This document shows, one piece after another, positions 54,431 to 64,000 of a stretch of DNA of 64,000 bases. A model generated the notes under the pieces. That model worked only from the letters and a program-made list of their open reading frames with translations, searched no databases and was not told the DNA's origin. Source of the DNA: Octopus vulgaris (Eukaryota). Location: assembly GCA_951406725.2 (NCBI GenBank), contig OX597814.1:36766001-36830000 (forward strand), in the 5' to 3' direction. Position numbers and translations under genes: made by a program. How positions within the stretch are numbered: the first letter of the stretch is position 1; each line of letters begins with the position of its first letter.

Positions 54431-57400
54431 TTTTTGTATATAACTACTAGAGTACGTCATTATACGTAATTTGACTTGAACTCTATAATACTATATGTAT
54501 GTATGTATGCATAGATGTATATGTGTATATATATATAGCCATAACTTTATTATATGTATATATATACACACACATACAATCATATATATATACCTATATA
54601 AGCACACACTCATATATATATGCGTATATGTGTGTGTGTATGTATGTATGTATTCATACTTTCAGACGTTTATACACAGATGCTATTACAACTGTGAAAG
54701 CACTTTCATACATACATGTATGTGTTTGTATTGTTACATATATACATGTATCTACTTTACTACTTCCTGACCTTCCCACAAACATACGTGCATATGTACA
54801 TACATATATTTCCTACATACACATACATGCATATATTTATTCATACATACTTAAATACCTGCCTGCATACATACATACATATATACATATATACACGTAT
54901 ACGTACATATTTGGTTGTATGAATGGAGTCAGAATATTGGCTGAGATTCGGAAGCGTTAGAAAAAAGAAAAGGGCAATCTGAGAGTTGAGAGAGAATTGT
55001 TAGAAGAATGACATGGTTTTGAAGGAAGGAGTTCAGAACAACGATTATGTATAATCTTGGAGAAGATAACCTGATAAAAACAGATGTTCTTTTTACACTA
55101 CACTGCATACTTATACAAGATTATATTCTGGAAATCAGATTAAATGTTAGCGGGAAGAATAAGAAAGTCAAATAATATAGTATAAACAACATAGGAATTC
55201 GTACAGGTGCATTGTTTATCAATGTAACGCTAATTATTATTATTCTGTGAGTTTGTTTTCCATCTAGATTCTATCATTTATAAATCAATTTTTCAATTGA
55301 CAATAGTGCTAGCAATCGACATGATGTACGTAGTCATATATTCACTTATGTATACACGTATACATATATACGCACATGATCTCACAGACACAAACATATG
55401 TATATATATGTGTGTAGTTACATTTATATGCAAAATTATGCATACATGCATGCATATATACAAATATAAATACATACCTAAACATAAATGCCTGTATAAT
55501 AGATATATAATAGATATGTATTTCTTTATATGTATGAATATTTTGCTGTCTTACCTATCATAAAATTACTCACTCACATACAAACGTTCTCTCTCTCTCT
55601 CATACACACTCACACACACTCACACGCATGCTCACATACACATTTTCTGTTCAAGGATATTCACGGGAAATATAACCTAGTATGGAATAGAGTAATGAAC
55701 ATTGAAGAATAACTTGCAAAAGAACCCAAGCACAAGCGTATACACACATAAAGTTTATATTCTTCTAATTTTGCACTTATACATTCATACACATTTTTCC
55801 TCTCGTATCGCTGATGGAATACTTTTTAACTTTTTATATGTGAATAAAATTTGTCCGAATTTATGTGCGCCATTTCAACTTCAGATTTGAATCTTATATT
55901 ACTTTTAGGCTAGAAGAATTGCTGTCTTGGTTGGTTTCTTCATAATTCAATGATCCTTATGTCAACCGTGACTGACAGTTACAATTCTACTCTGTTGTCG
56001 TACTACCAGTCAATTCATGCAAGACAACTTTTCAATATTAGGGAGTTCTCGTGATATTTTTTTTTACAGAAATAATAGTCATACATGTAATATATAAAGA
56101 AAAAAACTTACACAAAGATTACATTCACAAAGCCCTAAAGACAGACATATATTCTGGAATACAGGTTTATCATTCTATCTTTTAATAGCTAAATATCTAC
56201 CTGCCTATAAACCTTCCTCTCTACCGAACTACCTACCAACACACACATATACACATACATTTTCATTTCTGTACATGCATGTATATATGTATAGTTTTGT
56301 TAATATGCATATGTAAAGTAGGAAGGAAGGTTATTTATAACGTTACACCATATCATCTTACGTACGTTTCATTATCGTAATGATATTTCTGGTTAAACAT
56401 TACACGTCTCTGGCGATTTGGCACAAAGAGTGGATTACGTAATTTTTAATTTTACACTATGATGCCAATAATCCGATAATGCTAATGAAACTCGAGTATG
56501 ATAGAGTAATAAAATATCTTATAAAACATCTCTCGTGATTTATTTAGTTTTCTCTATATACTCTGTGGAACACAAACTTTACAGGGGCAAAAATTACAAT
56601 TCAGGAAAAAAATTCACTGAGGTCTTAATAGGGGTTATATTTTAACAAAGCCGGTGTTTAAATTACACTACAAGATTATATATGTATATATATATATATA
56701 TATCTTAATAATGCTAAAACTCTAGATGTTTGTGTTAACCCAAATATCTCAGAAATAGTATATTTATCTTAATTTGTTTTACATATTTATTTTCATACTA
56801 ACCTTTGGCAGTGCAGTAAAATGTTTTGTGATATTTAGACCTCCATGTATTAAAGAAAACGATTAAACACAATTATTGTTTGTTACTTTTTCACGAAAAT
56901 GACATGGCTTCAGTGATGTCAATGCACAGAGACATACAGAATACATAAACATATAGTGAATGTCATAGCGTGTTAGGCAGCACAAACACACACCCGCTAT
57001 CTGTGACATATACACATATAGTCTTCGCGCTCTCTAAGAGAGAGACAAAATATCGACTTTTAGACGTACACAATATTTTAATCATTTAGAAATATTTCTA
57101 AATGAATGTGATTTAAAAATTGTTTGTACAGTAAGTATTTTTATTTTAGCTTTCTTTAAGTAGTTTGGTAATTTCCGTAAAAACATATTATTTATTTACT
57201 TTTGTTTTAAAGTGAAAGAGAGGAGAAATTGAAAGATGTTCGTGTATATGAAATGGACGTGTGTGGAAGAGAGAGAGAGAGTGAGAAAGAGAAAGTGAGA
57301 GGAAGAGAGAGTAGAGAGAGAGAAAAAGAGAAAATGAGAGGAATAGAGAGTAAAGAGAGAGAGAGAGAGAGAGAGAGAGAGTAATGAAGGGGTGTGTTGT

Positions 57401-58069
57401 CATTTATAGTACATACATCAATACATATGCGTATATCTTTTTTGTATGTACGTGTGCTTGTGTGTGTGTGTGAAAGACAGGGAGAAAGTGAGTGAACGTG
57501 TGAGTTTTCATGTATGTATAAGAGGTTCTCTCTTTCTCTCTACCTCACATGCACACACACACGCACACCCGTCCATTTCATATACACATTAATACATCAT
57601 GCACTTTCTCCTCTTTTTCACTTTAAAACAAAAGTAAAGAAATACAATTTTATGGAAATTAACCAAGGAAACCAGCTGCTCTGCATGACAGTCTTGAGAG
57701 TGAAAGTGACAGTTCTGAGAGTCAAAGCGAAAGATCGCTCTAAGTGAATTCCATTACAAAATTATTTTGGTGTGCATGCAACGTATGTTAGCTCCAAAGA
57801 TCTGGGTGTTATTTCTAGCACGCCTTCCTACCACGTAACAGGCATTTATGATAAAGAACCCGAAACACTTCTTACGTGGTAGCAGGACGTGCAAGAAGTA
57901 GCAGTCAAATCTTTCCTTCTCTGGAGAAATTAGCCATTTACGCGTTATTTCGATGACGCGTTATTTACCAGGAGCCAATACATCACACACACACACACAT
58001 ACACACACATACACGCACACTCGCACACACACACACACACACACATACAGAAACACACACACATACAAT

Positions 58070-59580
58070 GTATTGGTTCGTGGTATAATTCATCTGGTGA
58101 GAATCAAATATTGTTGTTAAGAATCACAATCCATATATTTGGGCGCTACAAATAGCTTCACGTGTCTGAAAATCTAAATATATTCTTCAGGCGCATAGCA
58201 CTCTTCGTGCTCAACTAAGAACTTTAAATATGGCCTGAGACGTGAGAATACGTTAAAACTACCGATAAAATGATAGCATATAGAAAATCCCAACTTATAA
58301 CCAGAAAGAGAATCCAGGTGACTGATGTAAACGCAAATATGAAATTAATTTAAATTAAATGGAAATTGTGTAAAATTGTTATGCCAAATTGTGTAAAAAA
58401 AGTATATGAGAAATAAATGTATAAAATATAAGGTAGGAATTTAAAGGTATAAATATAAGAATGTTGGGAATGTAAAAATTTATAAAATTTATGAAGTATG
58501 AATAATATAAAGGATAAAAATTAACCTAACAAATACTAAAATAAAGAGAGGAAAGCCTATAGTAGTAAGCGATTTAATTTCCTTAGTCTTTAAGTAATTA
58601 TGTCGGAGGCGATGTCAAATCGAACTGAGATGGGTGGGATTGTCAGGTTCTTCAAAATACTATTTTGCCTGTGTTCGCAATTACTGAAAATTTCAGCCCT
58701 CTAGTTCAATATTGATTTGTGGATATTTAATCAGAGCAGTATTTGCGCTCTTTCAGCCAAGCAAAGCTTACATTTCTTTGATCTATTCACATAAGGTGTT
58801 GATTTTTCGATTATATGGCATTTTATTCTTTTTCAAAGCCCACCCGTGGCTGGCTGTCCTTATGTCAGAAGGAGACAATGTGGGTGGCATAACGTTTTTT
58901 AAACTCCCCTTCAGTAATCCAATATAGTCTTTTCTCGCGAGGGGCGAACCAAATTATTTAATGTTAGCATGTTTATGTACTACATTATCTTTGGTACTAC
59001 TATATCTATCCTTATTATCATGATTTGTATGTTAGAGGGATTATATGTTAACTTATCTTTACACCCACTATCGGGTAGGGCCTTATTATAGAAGAAGAGA
59101 GTTTAGACACTCTACTAATTTTGGCTACCAGTTTTTTTTTAATATAGAGGGAGGGTGACACGGCTGCCTATTATATATGTAAGCTTCTCGTTCTGTTTAT
59201 AAAAGTTTATAAGAGGAAGTATTTAGATCTAGTGACACGTCTAAATAGTCTACTGCAGAGAGATTAGTAGCTACTTTGATTTTAAATCTTAATTGGTTAA
59301 AGGTTTTTACTACATCTAATATTACTAATTCGGATTAAGAATATCTGTCTGAAAAGAGACCAAATCTTTGATACTTGGGGGTTATTTTCTTGTTTTTAAA
59401 TCATAACATTCTTTATACGAGGGAGTTATTTAGGAATCAAAAAATATTGCTTTCTATCTCATCCGTTTCTGGAAATCTTCAACTTTCTCATGTAATATAC
59501 TATAGTGTGTTTGGTGGAATAGGGATGTTCTTAGAAGAATAATCGATGTGGTATAAATCCATAGTATTTAACCAATTAAG
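58070..59580 (-). mobile_element. decayed Penelope-like element (Naiad-like RT plus C-terminal GIY-YIG) with 3' pLTR
   Basis: Minus strand NLSAVDYLDVSLDLNTSSYK, CHPP, KDYIG/TEGEFKKRYATHIVSF, PYVNRSKKCKLCLAEK, LN*RAEIFSNCEHR. Confidence 0.8.
58143..58194 (-). ncRNA. degenerate hammerhead motif in the PLE pLTR
   Basis: GCGC-CUGAAGA-[decayed stem II]-GAAGC-UAUUU-GUA-GCGC. Confidence 0.5.
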
Positions 59581-59694
59581 ATTAAAAATCACAGACGCAG
59601 CAGAGTGTTGTTGCAAGAATGAGTTTACTGCCCAGTGGGAGAACTGTTTTTGGTGTTCCGCATAGGAGCTTGTTTTTACGTCTTTGTTAATAAT

Positions 59695-60340
59695 CTAATA
59701 TAGGCACAAGCCCTGAAATTTAGAAGAGGGAGATTACACCAACCCCAGTACATAATCGGTGCTTTTGTTATCGACCCTAAAAAGCTGAAAGGCAAAGTCG
59801 GTCTTGATGGAATATCAACTCAGAACGTGTAGACGGACACAATACCGCTAAATATTCTGCCAGCTCGCCACATTTACGCCTTTGTTAATTATGACTATAG
59901 TAAAACTTGTAGCAAGATGCGATATGGCTTCATGCAAATAATTCCTTTCTGATAACGGATAAGGAAGAATAAATGGTGTTTTGCATGTGTTTCAAATTTT
60001 GGCACAACGCCAGCAATTTGGCGGAGAGGCTAAGTCAACTTCATCGACACCAGTTTTCCACTGGTATGTATTTTATGGACCAGGAATGAATGGAGGCATG
60101 CTAACGATTCTGCCAGCTCGTTGCGTTTACAAATTATCAGTAACAATGAATTATCAGTAACAATGGATTTCGGGGAGGTGTTAAGTTGATTACATAGACC
60201 GCAATACTTAACTGGTACTTATTTTATCGATCTCGATTAGATAAAAGGCAACGTTGATCTTGGAGTAATTTAAAATCAGAACATAAAATCGGAATAAACA
60301 CCGGCGTGCTAATATTTCTGCTAGTTCACCGCCTTTACAA
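59695..60340 (-). mobile_element. cluster of three decayed, co-oriented SINEs of the 63676 family
   Basis: Recurrent plus-strand motifs: TCGAC...GGCAA(A/C)GT, CTCAGAAC, TTCTGCCAGCTCG. Confidence 0.7.
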
Positions 60341-60826
60341 GTCATCATAATAATGAAAACAAAGAAAGAAAAGTATGGAAAATATTGTTAGACTTTTCGA
60401 GTTAATGTTTATTGCCGAAATTCTCAGCAGTACATATTTGATTAAAGAAATTTACAAAAGCTGAAAGGCAACGGACGGAAAAGTGAGTATGTAATACATA
60501 TTTTCAAATGAAATTTTGATTAAAATTATTGCTAGTTTTATTCATTTGTTACGAATTTATGCTCTGTTCTGAAACAACATATGGTTCATTAAAATATTAC
60601 TATGCACCAAAATCAGGGCGTACCTCATGCTTCACATCAGTTTTGTAAAACATTGATATTGCTTTATATTGTTCATAAACACATCGGCGAATGGGCAACA
60701 CGAGCGCAAACAAATCCAAACCATCATCGCAGACACAGGCACATATCCACACATATAGAAGCCCTGATACAATCAAGAAAGAATTAACACACTCAGTTAC
60801 CTATTCATATACAAGAAGAATTTCTG

Positions 60827-61142
60827 GCTCTACGTCGGCTACGACGACGAGGGCCCCAGTTGCTCCGATCAATGGAACAGCCTACATGTGAATTTAACCA
60901 GCACGTAACAGAGTACTCAGACAAGTGTATCTTTCACATAGCTCTCTGCGAGATTCAACGTGAGACGGAATGTGACAAAACTGGCCTTTCGAATTACAGG
61001 TACATTTCCTTTTTGCCAGCCTAGTGGATTGGAGCAACGTAAACAAAAGTGTCTTGCTCATGGAAACACCGCACTACTGTGAATCAAACTCATAACCTTA
61101 CAGCCGTGAGCTTAATACCCTAAATACCAAGCTATGTGCTTT
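60827..61142 (-). mobile_element. decayed SINE sharing its 3' tail with 12511 but with a different head and body
   Basis: CGTCGGCTACGACGACGAGGG...CCGATCAATGGAACAGCCT matches about 12525-12575; the body differs after CAGGTACA. Confidence 0.72.
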
Positions 61143-63149
61143 TACGTATACTTAATTACATGCACACACACATATACGCAATATACATACATATATATAC
61201 ATAGAGACAGAGAGAGAAACGGAGAGAGAGGCGTGTCTGTGTATATATGTATATATATATTCATGTATTTACGTTTAATGCATGCATATATATAGATGAT
61301 ATTCAGTGTCTCATGATAAAACTCTATAGACAAATTACTTACAGATCAAATACGTATGAATATGTAATTAACCAGAAAAAATATTTCAATACTTTCGAAT
61401 AATGCTAGTAGGTTAAACAGTTCTAAAAGTTATCTAATGAAAGTATGTGTGTACATATAAATACCTATATATAAATATATATAAATATATTCGAAAATAT
61501 ATGATATAGTAATATACATACATATATGTGCATACATATGTGTATAAATACATTTACATATAGATGTGCGTGTCTTTGTGGTGCGTTTGTGAACGCCTTT
61601 GCGAGTGCGTGTGTATCAGTGTTTTTGCGCGCGTGTGTGTGTATGCATATGTGTGTATATTTGTACAGGTACATATAACACTGTCATATGCATTCATGCA
61701 CATATTTACTCCATCACACAATAGGCATACAAACACAGAGAGAGGAAATGTCTAACAAGATTGTGTCGTGTACTCAAATGGTTGCTTTCATATGAAAACA
61801 TATACATATGTTAATTGCAATAGATGCATATTTATATATGTCTGTATCAATGTGCTTACAGAAAATAAAACATATAAACTTCGTGTAAACAATATATTAC
61901 AAGTGTTAGCCTTTGAGAGACTCCTACCCACAAATAGCAATAAGAGAAAATATGTTTGGAATTACATTTATCTCTGCTAAATACAAAATACTACTGTGAT
62001 CTTAGTGGTGAGAGCTTTAAATATTCTTAACATAAATTATGCCTTTGTCTATAGGTTTGGAATATATTTGTGCAGTGTTTATCAAGAGAGTTACATTCTG
62101 TATGGATGCATGTCTTCTCTTTAAACCGCGCAGGAGGGATTACGTGTTTAGAAATATTTTTGTCGTATGTGTCCTCAAATGCGTGAAATTCTGACAATGC
62201 CAACGATGTGCAATGGTGCACGCGCGTTACGATATTTGTGTTACTGGCAAAATTTCCATATTTTCTTTCTGTCTTATATTTGAATTTCATTCACCAGGTT
62301 TACATAATCTGCCTGGACATAAAGTTATAACACCGACTATCTGTTGAATCTACGTGCACTTTTAGTATGTTAGTGTCTGTAGATATATGATTACACACAT
62401 GTTTGGTGAATGTATGTATGAACAGGAACAAGCCATGTTCCATCTTATTCAAGACCGTGTCAGTGCCTATAAGTGGAAGCTCGTTTATTCTATGTATGCG
62501 TTACCACAGATCTGTATGCAAATCGTTATGTGACAGCGGGGATGCATATATATGTGAATATGTGAATAAAATTTTGTCTCTGTTTTAATATCAAGCACTT
62601 AGAATGTATATTTGAAATATTGCATTCAATATTATTTCAAACCGCGTGCCTTTGTATGCATAAAAATGCATGTATTTATGAGTATGCATTTATGAATCAT
62701 ATGGTATGATTACATGCAAATATTGTCACGCGCAGACATGGACTCATGTGATTGCGCAGTTGTCTATATGTACGTGCATAAATTCTTCTCGTTTAGTTTT
62801 TGCTGATTCTAACCATTATATTGCGGCCATGTTGGGCATCTGTTTTCGAATGGGCTTTTGTTGACGATCGCATCAATTATACATATTTCACCGTGGAACG
62901 TACTTTCTTATTCCATGATTCACCGATCGCTTAAATTAACATTTTAACCCGAAATCACTCTTGATTAAACAATGATAGTTTGTGAAACATAAGCACATAC
63001 AGACAAACATATATACGCTCACAAAACACACACATATGCACACACCACACACACACACAAACACACAAACACACACACACACATACACATCTTACAAAAT
63101 GGATAACACATCTGACTTCAAATTAAACATTGTATGATCGAGATGCGTC

Positions 63150-63480
63150 GCGCTTACAGGAATATTTTAGCCGAGAAATTCGCCTTGTAAACACGTGGTT
63201 TCGTGTTCAAGTAATGTGGAGAAGTGTCTCCTATTATATCTCCGAGCCTATGAATACCATATGATTCAATAGAGGGAAACTGTGTGGAAGCTTGCCGTAT
63301 CTGTATGTATGGATAATGTAAGTGACTAGGCGTCAATGCGCCTGTCAATCTCCACTCAACAAGCATCTTAAATTTGTTAATGATCGGGTACTTTGCGGCT
63401 TGGCAAAAGTGTGACTACTGGGTCGATTTCTTCGGTTAATCACCGTACCCCAGTATGGCTACAACCAAGCGACGAAAACA
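63150..63480 (+). mobile_element. decayed SINE (13069 family)
   Basis: Remnants GGAAACTGTGTGGAAGC, GCGGCTTGGCAAAAG, CCCCAGTATGGCTACA. Confidence 0.55.
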
Positions 63481-63675
63481 AGGATTATATATGAGTGTGA
63501 GAGAGAGTGTGTGGGTGTGTGTGTGTGTTTGTGTAAGCGCGTGCATGTGTGTAAAGATAGAGTGACATTGATATAAGCACACACATCATGCATGTGCATA
63601 TCCGTATGCATATATCTGTATATTTATATGCATTCATATATACACAGGCATTTATTGATGTATATCTATACCTAT

Positions 63676-63905
63676 TTCTTTACTACCCACAAGGAGCTAA
63701 ACACAGAGAGGACAAACAAGGACAGACAAACGGATTAAGTCGATTGTATCGACTCCAGTGTGTAACTGGTACTCATTTAATCGATACCGAAAGGATGAAA
63801 AGCAAAGTCGACTTCGACGGAATTTGAACTCAGAACGTAACGGCAGACGAAATACCACTAAAGATTTCGCCCGGCGTACTAACGTTTCTGCCAGCTCGCG
63901 GCCTT
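63676..63905 (-). mobile_element. tRNA-derived SINE with a conserved TTTCATCCTTTCG central domain
   Basis: Minus strand GCGAGCTGGCAGAAACGTTAG...GAGTTCAAATTCC...GCTTTTCATCCTTTCGGTATCGATTAAATGAGTACCAG. Confidence 0.82.
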
Positions 63906-64000
63906 ATGTATGTCTATAGCTACATCCACATGCAAACTATCTCTCTCTTCATCACTCCCCTTCTCTCTCTGTCTATCTTTCTTTCTCTGTCTCTCACACG

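Overview
AT-rich, microsatellite-dense eukaryotic DNA with no recognisable host gene. The repeat content (tRNA-Arg-headed SINEs, microsatellite-containing SINEs, Dong/R4 LINEs in (TAA)n, mariners) strongly suggests an octopus or other coleoid cephalopod intron or intergenic region; this is inferred, not verified. Almost all ORF-track entries are microsatellite artefacts. Real content: a near full-length CR1-type LINE (about 48.6-53.3 kb) whose ORF1 pairs a Myb/SANT-like domain with four CCCH fingers hidden behind a stop; a full-length dead mariner with TIRs and TA TSD; further mariner relics and MITEs; four Dong/R4 fragments; a Helitron; a DDE transposase relic; Penelope-like (PLE) relics; many SINEs. 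The most interesting signal is a set of hammerhead-ribozyme (HHR) motifs in short elements next to microsatellites. One is a tRNA-headed (Pol III) SINE-like element built as tRNA head, then (AAT)n, then a minimal hammerhead tail (53530-53809), a candidate PLE-mobilised ribozyme SINE or retrozyme. Also notable is a 141-bp locally templated inverted insertion inside a (TA)n tract. All alignments were made by eye, so boundaries of decayed elements are approximate.
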